DNA of 63,986 nucleotides, counting the filler, from Gonapodya sp. JEL0774 (lineage: Eukaryota): the NCBI GenBank assembly GCA_027604505.1. It is 9 parts of 9 records of this genome, joined end to end, with 100 filler letters (N's around TTAATTAATTAA, not from the genome) between each part and the next. Parts side by side here need not be neighbours in the genome. Positions count along the whole stretch, not along the records: positions 7,327 to 14,531 come from JADIIX010000522.1; positions 14,632 to 21,827 come from JADIIX010000523.1; 7 more parts are not named here. One strand, written 5' to 3'. The notes beneath the pieces were generated by a model. The model worked only from the letters and a program-made list of their open reading frames with translations, ran no database searches and was not told the DNA's origin. Below, one piece after another: positions 11,204 to 21,927 of the stretch. The position numbers and the translations under genes are program-made. Each line of letters begins with the position of its first letter. Positions within the stretch are counted from its first letter, which is position 1.

Positions 11204-11435
11204 GATCTCTGAGCTGCCTGGGTCGCCTTCAACTCTTCTATACGATCATTTTTGTCAACTTTGATTCTGCCGCTGTCTCCCACTCAAGTTACGTCAACCT
11301 GAGCGCAAGCATCTATGCCTTTCTTTGTTTTCTCTTGCTCTCTGCAACGTTCTCTCCTCCGCGTTGCTTCTCCGGGGGTCTGGACCAGTTTTTCTCGGTT
11401 TTGTCTCCCTCAGCTAAAACTCGCCGACGTTCGAA

Positions 11436-13268
11436 ATGTTTGAGCAGGCCAACGAGAACGCGCCTGTTGTTGATATCAAATTGGAAAACGATGGAAGAAA
11501 CAGTGATGTCCCGTATGGTCCGAGTGAACAGGACTTTGAGGAAGTGAGCGAACGCACTCGTGGTGCCGAGAATGCTTCTCGAGCCCGTGAATCAGCCGAA
11601 GCCAACGACGGTGCTAGGCATGGAAACAAAAACGCCTCTCAAGATGAGATGGAGTTAGATGACAATGAAAATGTGAATGGTCAGTTTGTCTGTCGAAGGA
11701 CTATGAGTGCTCCCAACTCATCCGCACCTGTTGGTGTAGCACGTATTACCGCATTAGAACGCGAAAATCGTAGCCAAAAAGATACCATAAGGGCAATGCA
11801 GATTGCCATTGCTGACCTGCAGCATCAACTTGGGTTTGGTTACGGTGGTCTTGCCTTCCGCCGCCGCACAAATGTATTGCCTACGAATGCTATTCGTGAC
11901 GAGCAGAACAGAAGCAACCAGGCAATAAGACAAGTGGATAATGTTGCTGCAGTGACAGTAGCAGACAGCCCACCCCCCGCAGTTGAGATGCGAGCGGCAC
12001 CAGCTGCTGATCCCCCACCTGCTCCATTTCCAAGGTTGCAAATGTCGCCAGTAGCAACTGTGTGGTCGGAGAGCAGCTATGCGTTACCTCCTATTGGCAC
12101 AATGCGTGATGTTGGTTGGCCTGAGAATGATGGTCTTGACAATGGCCTTGAAAGCGGGACTAACGACAGTCTCGAACGCTTCAGAAAAGATTTTAATGCA
12201 AAACCATATGAGACAGGATCCAACTACTTTGATTGGATGCGTGCCGTTGTTGTCGCATGTCTTGCTGCGTCGCAGAGTGGCAAGATCAACACTGCACGTG
12301 TCGAAAATGCAGTTTTACCGCGATTGCCAGCACAGATTCAGACCACTTTGCAAGGTCATCAGCCAGCACCACTGGGACCATATTCCATTACTGGCTTGCA
12401 TAATTGGCCGATTCAGAATCTCCAAGACTTGTTCGCTTTTGCAGCGAACTTGATTGTCAACAAGAGCATGACTGACAATGCTCTCTGCTTGTTTCATGAT
12501 ATGAAGTGGCACTACTTCATCAATGCTAATGGCTCTGCAACGTCTGCAACCATCAATGATATTATCACTACACTGCGTAACAACTTTGTTCGTGTTGAGG
12601 CGTATGCTCGACGTGAATCCAAGACTCGAGATGAGCGTGCTGCGCAAATGGCACAACGTGAGGCATTACTTCATGTGATTGGAAACACTAACACAACTCA
12701 GCTTGCTGGCGTGTGCAATCAAGAGAATGCATTGGCGAGTTTCAACGCTTTGTCGGCAAGAGCTCGTGTGATGGATTTGAAACCATTGAATGATACACCA
12801 CGTCCCTTGTTACCGGTGAGTGTGACTGTTGTTGATGGTGTACTGATCACTCCACCAGTGCTGACTCCAGTGACGCTGCAACCACCTGCACTCAACAACA
12901 TGCAGAATGGCAACGGTGGCCACAGTGACAACCAGAATAATGGGAACCAAGGTGACGATCACCCTGGTGGTGGACCAATACATGGTCGTGGTAGCTACAG
13001 AGGCCGTGGAGGCTATCAACCTCAAAGTGGTTTCTATGGTCGTGGTGGATATCGTGGCGGATACCGCGGTGGTAGCAGAAGGGATTACGACAATGAGAAT
13101 CCCGGGGAGTTTGTCATCAAATGTTTCAATTGTGGTGGGAAGAACCACTTGGCAGAGACATGCTCCAGCCCTCCTTCGAATAGTCAGCTGAAGTATCTTG
13201 CAAAGAAAGCCACGAGAGGCCTTAGGGGAAATGGTGGTCACGGTTCAAGCAACAATGCTGCTGCGTGA
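11436..13268 (+). CDS. gag: Gag-like protein (610 aa) with coiled coil, RGG-rich tract and CCHC zinc knuckle
   Basis: Uninterrupted ORF. CFNCGGKNHLAETC fits CX2CX4HX4C. RGGY repeats precede it. It lies directly downstream of the LTR and PBS. Confidence 0.85.
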   Translation: MFEQANENAPVVDIKLENDGRNSDVPYGPSEQDFEEVSERTRGAENASRARESAEANDGARHGNKNASQDEMELDDNENVNGQFVCRRTMSAPNSSAPVGVARITALERENRSQKDTIRAMQIAIADLQHQLGFGYGGLAFRRRTNVLPTNAIRDEQNRSNQAIRQVDNVAAVTVADSPPPAVEMRAAPAADPPPAPFPRLQMSPVATVWSESSYALPPIGTMRDVGWPENDGLDNGLESGTNDSLERFRKDFNAKPYETGSNYFDWMRAVVVACLAASQSGKINTARVENAVLPRLPAQIQTTLQGHQPAPLGPYSITGLHNWPIQNLQDLFAFAANLIVNKSMTDNALCLFHDMKWHYFINANGSATSATINDIITTLRNNFVRVEAYARRESKTRDERAAQMAQREALLHVIGNTNTTQLAGVCNQENALASFNALSARARVMDLKPLNDTPRPLLPVSVTVVDGVLITPPVLTPVTLQPPALNNMQNGNGGHSDNQNNGNQGDDHPGGGPIHGRGSYRGRGGYQPQSGFYGRGGYRGGYRGGSRRDYDNENPGEFVIKCFNCGGKNHLAETCSSPPSNSQLKYLAKKATRGLRGNGGHGSSNNAAA

Positions 13269-14073
13269 GTGATCAAATTGTGTGGTGTGGAGCGAACACT
13301 TTTCTTTCGAACAAACTCTTTATCAGACACTTTGTGTGGATATGGGAACATCAATGAGAAAGCTTATGATAGCTTATGTTTGAATGTGCAAGTGACCTTT
13401 GAATCAAACTTCTTTTTATGTGGTACTCTGAGTGCCATGAACATGTTGATTGAGTGAATGTTCCCAACTCTATGATTGAAATTTTGCAGTTTTAAAAGCT
13501 TGAGACCGCACTTCTCTTGTCTGTGGTGCTCTGAGCGTGGGAGAAACCATTAGTAGGTGTGATTCAGATGAGTAGATACGCTGAGATGCCACGGTTGCAG
13601 AGTTTGTGATAAACGAACTTCACATTGGCCAACTGCTATGAAATCAAAGTTTGTATATGTAGAGTGCTCTACATTTCACGCTATATTCTGTGTTAAAGGT
13701 GGAGTGCAGAGCTCATACGATTGAGGCTCCCACCAAAACGTACAACGCCAGGTTGGAACAGCACAACCACCTGAGCGTGCTCTATGGGAAATGGTAGCTC
13801 GAAGACAGAAAACCTAGCGACTTAAATTGTTGGCTGCGCGTCTAATACTGTGGTATTAGCTTGTTCGGTGTGATCAACCGTGCGAGAGTGCGCTGGCATG
13901 AAACTAGCTTTACGGCCGAAGAGCTAGGAGTCCGTTAGTTGATTGGCTCATGTGCACGTTGTCAGCAATGACAATGAATGCCATCTTTTGCCTTTTGTTT
14001 TTCTGTTTGGTTGACGTTTGTTTCTGCGTTGACTTAAGAGCTTACGTATTCTGCTTCTCTTTGCCATTGCCAG

Positions 14074-14531
14074 GCAGGGAGTCGTACCCGTCAGTGGGAA
14101 CAGTTCCCTCCCGGATGTTCAGAGCGCATCCAACGTTGGTTTGACTGACGTAAGTGGAACAATGATTGGAAGTCGACCGCTTCCAGGCTAGGGGCAAAGT
14201 TCTCATACAATGTATGTGTGAAACTAGGTTGTGCGGAACCCTGAAGTGCCCTGCAATGATAATGCAGCCGAATTGAATGCTTTGAATGGTCACTCCTCTG
14301 ACCGAGTGGTATGTTACTGCTCTTGGGAGTTCAAGTCTGACGGCTTGTTGGCAAATGGCAAGCGTACTAACGCAACGTGCAACTTTTCATTAAAACAGAT
14401 TTGTGACTTTGCCCATCATCTTGGTCCCGCAACTGGCGCAAATTCTGTATTGATTCCAAATGATAAGATACGTGGTACTACGATTGTACTTGACAACGGT
14501 CAATGTCAGATTGCTGAATTGCAAATGAACT
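14074..14531 (+). CDS. Predicted spliced extension of gag (exons 14074-14149, 14228-14308, 14399 to contig end), possibly the gag-pol linker
   Basis: Donors GTGAGT 13265, GTAAGT 14150, GTATGT 14309. Acceptors CAG 14073, TAG 14227, CAG 14398. Branch site TACTAAC 14365-14371. All joins preserve the gag frame without stops. Confidence 0.6.
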
Positions 14532-14631
14532 NNNNNNNNNNNNNNNNNNNNNNNNNNNNNNNNNNNNNNNNNNNNTTAATTAATTAANNNNNNNNNNNNN
14601 NNNNNNNNNNNNNNNNNNNNNNNNNNNNNNN
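14532..14631. other. Artificial contig spacer
   Basis: 44 N + TTAATTAATTAA + 44 N. Confidence 0.99.
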
Positions 14632-15469
14632 CTCCATTCTTGTAAGGAGTCCTGAAGTCCATATTGTGTTCGTATCCAGCATCAGCAAGGTACCATCGCC
14701 CTTCAGGCACCTGAAATCCACCCCTGTACAGGGCGTCTCCCAGGACAGTCCCGTCATGCGCAGATCCCTCATATCCTGCGTACACATACGTAAACCGTCC
14801 GTCAAAATCCACCGCCACCAACACATTCTGCGAGAGGAATCCCTTGCGATTCATATACGCAACCTGTGCATCCCCAGCTGGGCGGAACGCTCGAATGTGT
14901 GTGCCATCAATTGCACCCACACAACCGTCAAAGTACGGCCAGAAACGTCCATTAGCCGTAATCCGGGTTGATATAGGTGTATTTTCATTGGGTTGAACGA
15001 TGTAATCATTAGCAAGAGCACATAGCACAGAAATTGCCGCCCAAATGTAACAGGTGACAGTTGAGAGCGAGTGCTGGAAGCGTGACCGAACAGCACGCAT
15101 AGAGACACCATGACCGAGGTAGAACATGAGCATCGCAAGCTGCTGGTCAATGCTCATCTCGCAGGTGTCCAGGAGCAGCCGACGTGTCCGAGTTTCCGCT
15201 ACCAACGACCTGAACACGCGAACTGGCATCCGAACATTGTCCAAGGCCATCTCCTCGTGTCCGTTTAGAATCTCGTACGTGAGGCGCTCCCCCTGAAGAA
15301 CGGAGTTGGTCATCGGGCGGGGAATCGCTCGAAAATTGCGTCTTTGCGCCGTGACGATGGTGGCGACAGCGGCAATCGCACACCAAACCGCCGCCATCAC
15401 GGCAAGACGTTCCTCCTCGTCACTTATGATCATGATGTCGCCATCGTACGCGGGGATTCCGAGATCCAT
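14632..15469 (-). CDS. PIF/Harbinger DDE transposase (HARBI1-like), 3'-truncated
   Basis: Motifs RFQHS.STV, CVGAIDGTHI, NRKG..SQNVL, GYEGSAHD and YLADAGY. Open to the contig end. Confidence 0.95.
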
Positions 15470-15619
15470 CGCGTGTACTGTGTTTCGATTGAAGTTCGGT
15501 GGTGTTCGGCCAAAAAGTCACCCGAAAATTCACTTTTCTCCAATAATCGATTGGGACCCCCCCATAATCGATTATTACAAATAACCGATTATTACAAAAA
15601 ACCACTGCCGTACGGGCCC
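14632..15619 (-). mobile_element. PIF/Harbinger DNA transposon, one end
   Basis: The minus-strand terminus reads TAA|GGGCCCGTACGG, a PIF-type TIR start with a TAA/TTA target triplet at 15620-15622. Subterminal ATAAYCGATT repeats lie at 15544-15595 and a transposase lies inside. Confidence 0.85.
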
Positions 15620-15659
15620 TTATATACATGTGTAGGCTGTGGTCATACAAGGTGTCAAT

Positions 15660-16574
15660 TAAAGCATCTACGATTCGATTCGATGCGATTTTTGACCTCC
15701 CGATCGATTCTGAAGCAATTTCCAAGCCCACGATCGATTAATAATCGATATTTCTACCAGTCGGTCGATTTTTGATTCGATTCTTGGGTTTTGCGATCGA
15801 TTCGGTTCGATTTGTTCGGTGTGCAGAAAATTTTCGATTCAGCTCGATTTCGGTTCGATTTGATAGTGAAATAGCACAAACTTCCCTTATACTCAAACAT
15901 CATTTGTAATATCTTGCAACTGCCAATATTTTGAACAGGGAAGGCCCTCTTTGATGTGTGCTGTGTGCTGTGCGGAGAGTGTAGATTGTCCCCTTTGGGC
16001 TCCGAGCATGCTTGTTGCCTTCATCATCCACTTGAGATAGACACAGACTGTAGTTTCAGTAAATGAAGACTTGGAACCAAAGCATTCATATTGCTCACCT
16101 CCTCCTTTTGCGTCCTGCTTCAATTTCCAAAGCAACACCTAGAGGACCCAGAGGTCACTTGAACATGATTGCCTGTTTGCGATGCTGCATCAGCGTTGTA
16201 GGAGACTGTCTGTGACTAGACATGATACTCTGTGATGTTGCTATGCCAGTTGACGCGAACCAAGTTTCTGGACGCTCTTGCAACCCCTCGAACCCACCAC
16301 CACTCAATCAACTCACGATTCCGATTACGCCACCAAAAAGCTCCAATTGAAAGTCATCATAATGTATTGCAGTGATTTTACATTGATTTGTTGTGGAAAA
16401 ACTGGGGTTTGTGCTGGGAGGGGTCAATTTGGGAATTGGCATTGCACCTCAGGCGATCGATTCCCCAATTGCAATCGCCACCACTCGGTCGATTCCCAGT
16501 CGATTTTCAATTGGCAAATTTTGCCACATTCGATTAAAATCAAATCAGAATCGAACTGAATTGTAGATGCTTTA
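15660..16574. mobile_element. Non-autonomous hAT element (915 bp) related to the full element at 58435-63650
   Basis: TIRs TAAAGCATCTACGATTCG.. / ..TGAATTGTAGATGCTTTA. Perfect 8-bp TSD GTGTCAAT (15652-15659 and 16575-16582). TCGAT-rich subtermini and no transposase. Confidence 0.95.
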
Positions 16575-17659
16575 GTGTCAATACCACAACTCCCCCTGTT
16601 CTTCTTACACACACAACCTTAGACTCAAAATTGCAATTGCAGAGGGAAAAAATGAAGAAGCCTCTGGCGTATTTTGTGTACATCGAACTCTTATGGAGAA
16701 AAAATAATCTCCAGAGAAGCTATTGTGACAATGAATGCGGGAGATAGAGGGAAAATTGAGAAATACTCGTAAATTAGCGAATAGAGTGTTTTGACCACAC
16801 ACTGTGTAATGAGATTGCCTTGCCAGGTGTTGTGGTATTTTGCGCTGTTGGGTGTTTGGGGCATCTACACTACTAGCTTGCTGCGTGTTGCTGTGGGTAA
16901 ACGTCGTTTTTGCGACTCTTGTGCACACTTACAGCTCTTCAGATCTGCAGCTTGTTCGAGAAATTGACGTTGGAAGCACTTGCTGCAAATGGTGTCTGAT
17001 CAAGCTATGATGAACCAAACTCGAACCAAACTCGGCACAAAAAAGATCACCAAAACAAACTTTTGAGCACACATTTTGTGATCGAATCAAACCTCAAACT
17101 CTGACATCCTTGATGAAACCGAGCTCTGGTGAGGACATTGATTGTTTTCAAACTTTTCAAACTTCTTAGCTAAACTAAACAGATAGAGCTGTAGAACTTC
17201 AATCTTCATCAGTATTAAAGTCATCATCTGACTCCACATCCTCCTATTTGTTGGTTTTGTAACTACTTCTATGAGAGCTTTCAAAAGCTCCGAGGTTGTG
17301 TAACTTGTATGTGGTGGAGTGGGTCTGACACTGGACGGGTGGAATAGGGAACTGAAAGAAGCAGGGGAGTGATGTCTTATTGTGATAGCTAGTGGCTGTA
17401 CATATTTAGGACGAAGGGCCCAGGTACTGTAGCCCATGGCTGTATCAGTACCACGGCAGTGGGTTCAGCCAGAAAACAAACACACTCTGGGCAATTAAAA
17501 GTGATGCTGGTAATTATTACTTATTACTTATTGACATGTCTGCTACAAAGTCTATTTCTAAGAAATAAGAATACCACATCACCCCCACCCACCACTTCCT
17601 AGCTGCCAGTTGAGCACTGAGTGGACGACATGGGACTTGAACCCATCCACAAGTTTGAT

Positions 17660-18490
17660 GTCACACCTTTGCAGGACAACCAACAACTGCCAGACAGCCA
17701 GAAAACTTTCTTCCTCATGCTGCTGGAGGTGAGTAACAAGTGGCAGTTTGAGTTGCAGGTGCAGCTTCAGGAACTCTGCCTCCAAATGGACTGTCTCACA
17801 TGCAAATTGGTGATGGAGCAAGGGGTGAGTAGTCTAGGGATTGATACAGGGAAAGGATGTGGTGCTGGAGGGCGCCATGTGCCAGGAGCTAATGGATGGT
17901 GGTTGGGGGAAAACGGCATCAGCCTAAAGGGGGCTGCTGATGCCACTAGACAGTGCCCCAAGCACTGTTGGTACTAGGTCAAGCAGCTGGGAGCTTCGGA
18001 AATGGTGGCGAGCAGTGGAGGAAGCAGGATGTCGGTACAAAACGACCCGGAGACACTCAGTTTGCTGAGCTGAACACTGACAGTTGCGCACACCCACCTC
18101 CCATCATCTGGAAAGGTGTAGCAATGGGTGACGCGGCTGTTGCATTCGATTTCTGTGCACTGGGAGCCCCAACGGGTTCAGGGTACCCATTGCACGCGCA
18201 ATTTAAACTTACCTTGAATGCTGGGAGGCTTTTCCACTCACTCATCATCCTGGATAACAAGTAGACAACGGCTCCTGATCCTGACAACTTTATTCCTTTG
18301 GAATCATGGAGGTAAGGCGCGAAAAAGTGGTAACGAGGACAAAGGGGCAACGATGGAGGAACAAGGGTAGCAGAGTTGAATTCTACGAACAAAAATAAAG
18401 GGAAAAAAGATGAGAGAGACAGAAAAACTTTGGCGGGAAAGGGAAACACAGGCACTTACAAGGAAGTGAGGACAAAGGGGGGCAGTGAAG
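17660..18490 (+). repeat. Degenerate interspersed repeat, homologous to about 61660-62500
   Basis: Shared blocks include CTGCTGGAGGTGAGTAACAAGTGG and GGCTTTTC.ACTCAC..T.ATCCTGGAT. The shared degenerate + strand translation is NQQ.PDS.KT..L.LLEVSNKW..EL.LQ..CLT..L..E..GID.G.G.GAG. Confidence 0.75.
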
Positions 18491-18899
18491 CCATCTGTTC
18501 TAAAACAGCCCAAGAGTCCATGTCCCACTGTATCCGTCCTCTCATTCCCAGAATAGGGGTGGGGAAGGAGATTTGTGCCGCAACGGTGTGGCTGGTGGAC
18601 TAGTGGAGATGATATTTTGAAGTGTGCAGGTAAGACAGTGGTCGGTCAGCCACAAAACAAACGTGTTTGTGCACTGCAACACAAAGTTCCTGTTGGATTC
18701 AAGATTGTATCTAAAAATCTAAGTTTGAGATCAGGTTCAGCTTGTCAAACTTCGAGCAAACTCCAACTTTTCGAACGTTTGTCATAGCGTGAGTATCTGA
18801 TAATTCTGAGCTGGAAGGTTGCCAGGATCACTGGTGAGATATGTGACTCCAGGACTTTCTCAAGTAGAGGAGGAGTGGCAGCAATCGCGTCAGCTGGAG

Positions 18900-19887
18900 G
18901 AATTTACGGCTTGATTTCTCACAGCCTATTGATGTGGGCACATATTACATTTCCAGTGCGGAAGTGCTCCAGTTTATATGTGACCTCAGTCAATTTTTTG
19001 GTGACTCTGTAGGGGCCACTACATTGGGAAAGAAACTCTGTGCTTTCACCTTCGCGACAGGCTTCCTCATTGTAAACCATAGCAGTCTACTCAATGTCAA
19101 ATGTTACATCAACATGTGTTTTGTAGAATTTCATCTTTTGAACTTGAGCCGACTTTTGCAATCGATCAAAGAGTTCTTCATAGATATGCGCCATATATTC
19201 AGACATTGGGATAGTTTCATTGCTTGGATCATTTGGATCAAGAGTCACTCCCGAGATGATGTCTATAGGGATACATGGTTTGTGGCCTGTTGCAGTAAAC
19301 ATAGGGGCAAATCCAGTTGTGGAGCCCAACAAGTGCTATAAGCAAATTGTATAGGCAGTAGATAACATATCCAATCGCTTTGAGATTCGGTTGAAATTTG
19401 GGCGTATAATGAGTCAACCATTGTCTCCTGAATTGTTTGTCATAAGGGTTTCCTTGTGTATGACCCGGTGATGTGGCAGTATGTCGGATTCATAGCATTG
19501 CTTCCAGTTTCCTCATTACGTCATTTGCAAATGCTGTTCTGTTGTCGGAATGGGAATACCCCGACAGTAAATCCAGTTGTTCAGCAATGCGTGTGCCATT
19601 GCAAGTGCCGAAGTGTCTTTTACAGGTACAAGTTCAACCATTCTCGTGAACATGTGCATGATGACCAAAATATGCGTGAAACCTTCTGCTGTTGTGGGGA
19701 AAGGTTCAATGTGGTGAAGACATAAATTGTCCCAGGGTTGTACAGCACTGAAGCGGAAAGGCCTCAGGAGCTCCTGTCAATTTGGCTTTGTTGGTTTTTG
19801 ACTTGGGCATGTTAAACATTTATTGTGTACATATGATCGTACATTGCGCACCATGTGATACCAATAGAATTTTCTGACATACTTAAG
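18900..19887 (-). pseudogene. Decayed Ty3/Gypsy integrase
   Basis: KFYWYHMVRNVRSYV..CLTC (zinc-binding region), STTGFAPMFTATGHKP.IPID and GPYRVTKKLTEVTYKLE (GPY/F motif). Many stops and frameshifts; the lower boundary is approximate. Confidence 0.85.
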
Positions 19888-20681
19888 TCAAAGTAATCCC
19901 TTCACTAGTTGTTGGCGGATAAAATGGTATTTAACCTCAATGTGTTTGGTGAGCTTGTGGTGCACAGGGTTGACAGCCAGCACTAGTGCCCCCTGGTTAT
20001 CTCCAAGAAGGATGGGAACACCAAGATCAATTCTGCCATAGACATTAATGGTAGTTGTTTTAATGCCAAGTTCTTTGAGAAATTTTTTTTCCCACATCAA
20101 TTCCTTGGCAGCATAGTGCTGAGACACATATTCAGCCTCCACTGTGGAAGTAGCGGTGATCTCTTGCTTGCCTGACCACCAGCTAACAGCTCCCCCTGCT
20201 AATAGAAATACATAGCCACTTCTGGATTTCCGGTCGTAATGATCTTCTGCAAAGCTTGAGTCATAGTACCCATGTAGACCATTGTTGATGTGCTTTGCTT
20301 GGGGATCCTTTTTTCCAAGATATGTTATTCCAACATCAGGTGTCCCTGCTAGGTATCGCAGTAACCACATAAGAGCAGCCCAAAGAGCCTGACTGGGATT
20401 GTCTAACGCTTCAGAAAGGACATTGACAGCAGCACAGATGTCTGGACGTGTCATTGTCATTATATGCATGACAAGACCCACTGGACTTCGATATCGTTTA
20501 GCATCGATACCCTTTTTCTCTTCTGCTGTCTTTGGACAGTCTGCCCTTGATAACTTTGTGCCTAGTTGCATTGGGGTACTCACAGGCCAGCAGCGTACCA
20601 TGCCAGAGTCTTCAAGAAGCTCCATCACTTTTCTTCTGTGGTTGATGACTTCCATTTGGCGCACCATGAAAATCTGTTGCT
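19888..20681 (-). pseudogene. Ty1/Copia reverse transcriptase C-terminus plus RNase H fragment
   Basis: STPM, YRS.VG, TRPDI, GYYDSSFA.D..DRKSRSGYVF.LAGGAVSW.S.KQ...ATSTVEAEY, DNQGA, NPVHHKLTKHIEVKYHFIR. Confidence 0.95.
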
Positions 20682-21640
20682 ACTTAAGGGAAAAAATCAG
20701 GAGTCATCCAATTCCCAAAATTCTTTCAGATCTGAGCTCTATTCATCCTACTGCATCTACGGATGCATGGGTGCAGGGATCAGAGTACTTTTGGTTCTGG
20801 CCCAACCCAAACCACCCAACATCCCTATGTACCCTTTCCAAAGTCTTCTCCCTTTTGCTGCCCTATTGGGAACCGTTCATACTTAAGGGGACAAACTCAG
20901 GAGTCATTCAAACTACAAAATTCCTTTAGATTTGCACTTGTCATACTGCAAAGCATTAACCTATGCATGGGTGCAGGGATCTGAGTACTTTGAGTGTGCT
21001 TGATTTTGTCCCCCCTTGGGGCAGAGTACGTACTTAAGGAGACAAACTCAGGAATGATTCAACTTCAAGAATTCTTTCACTTATCTACTCACCACACTCT
21101 AGGGCATCAGAATATCAAAGGGTGTTGGTATCAGACTTGTTTTCAACGCTTCTCCTTTGGCTGCCCTATGGGGTACTGTTCCTACTTAAGGGGACAAACT
21201 CAGGAGTCATTCAAAATCCAAAATTTCCTCAGATTTAGACTTAGGATACTCCAATGCATGCACCCATGCATGGGTGCAGGGGTCTGAGTACTTTGAGTGT
21301 GTTTGACCCATTTGCCTCCCTATGGGGCAGAGTGCGTACTTAAGGGGACAAACTCTGGAATGATTCAATCTCAAAATTCCTTCAATTATCAACTCACCAC
21401 ACTCTAGTTCATCAGAATATCAAAGGGTGTAGGTATCAGACATGTTTAGACAGTCATCTCCCTTTGGCTGCCCTATGGGAAACAGTTCAAACTTAAGGGG
21501 ACAAACTCAGGAGTCATCCAATTCAAAAAATTCTTTCAGACCTGAGCTCTACTCATCCAATTGCATCTACCTATGCATGGGTGCAGGGATGAGATGACTT
21601 TTGGTTCTGGCCCAACCCAAACCCAACATCCCTATGTACC
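20682..21640. repeat. Higher-order tandem repeat, six units in A-B-C-B-C-A order
   Basis: Conserved head ACTTAAGGGGACAAACTCAGGARTSAT at 20682, 20881, 21032, 21184, 21338 and 21491. Unit lengths 199, 151, 152, 154, 153 and partial. Confidence 0.95.
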
Positions 21641-21827
21641 TAACCATCCCATACATATGCATAAGTAGAGTGCAACGTCAAATTGTGGTTGGTTCAAGTC
21701 TGTTATGAAACACATTCACCCTGAAACCCTACACCCAGCGCAACAAAATTTGCAAAACAAACTTCACTATCTTACACAGATTTAATCAGCCATCTGTATC
21801 ACCACATTTCTCTAGTCTCCATGAGCA

Positions 21828-21927
21828 NNNNNNNNNNNNNNNNNNNNNNNNNNNNNNNNNNNNNNNNNNNNTTAATTAATTAANNNNNNNNNNNNNNNNN
21901 NNNNNNNNNNNNNNNNNNNNNNNNNNN
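21828..21927. other. Artificial contig spacer
   Basis: 44 N + TTAATTAATTAA + 44 N. Confidence 0.99.

Larger units (their letters stand above)
11038..14531 (+). mobile_element. 5' part of an LTR retrotransposon (probably Ty3/Gypsy-like), truncated by the contig end
   Basis: LTR, 2-nt spacer, PBS, leader and CCHC gag occur in canonical order. No pol domain is visible, so the superfamily is not established. Confidence 0.8.

Noticed and set aside
13269..13457. Stop-codon readthrough of gag into pol
   Set aside because: The in-frame continuation is only 62 aa, ends in TGA and has no protease motif. It lies inside the predicted first intron.
20682..21640. CRISPR-like array (conserved head plus variable segments)
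   Set aside because: The intervening segments are 120-170 bp and homologous to each other in subtypes rather than unique spacers. There are no cas genes and the context is eukaryotic.
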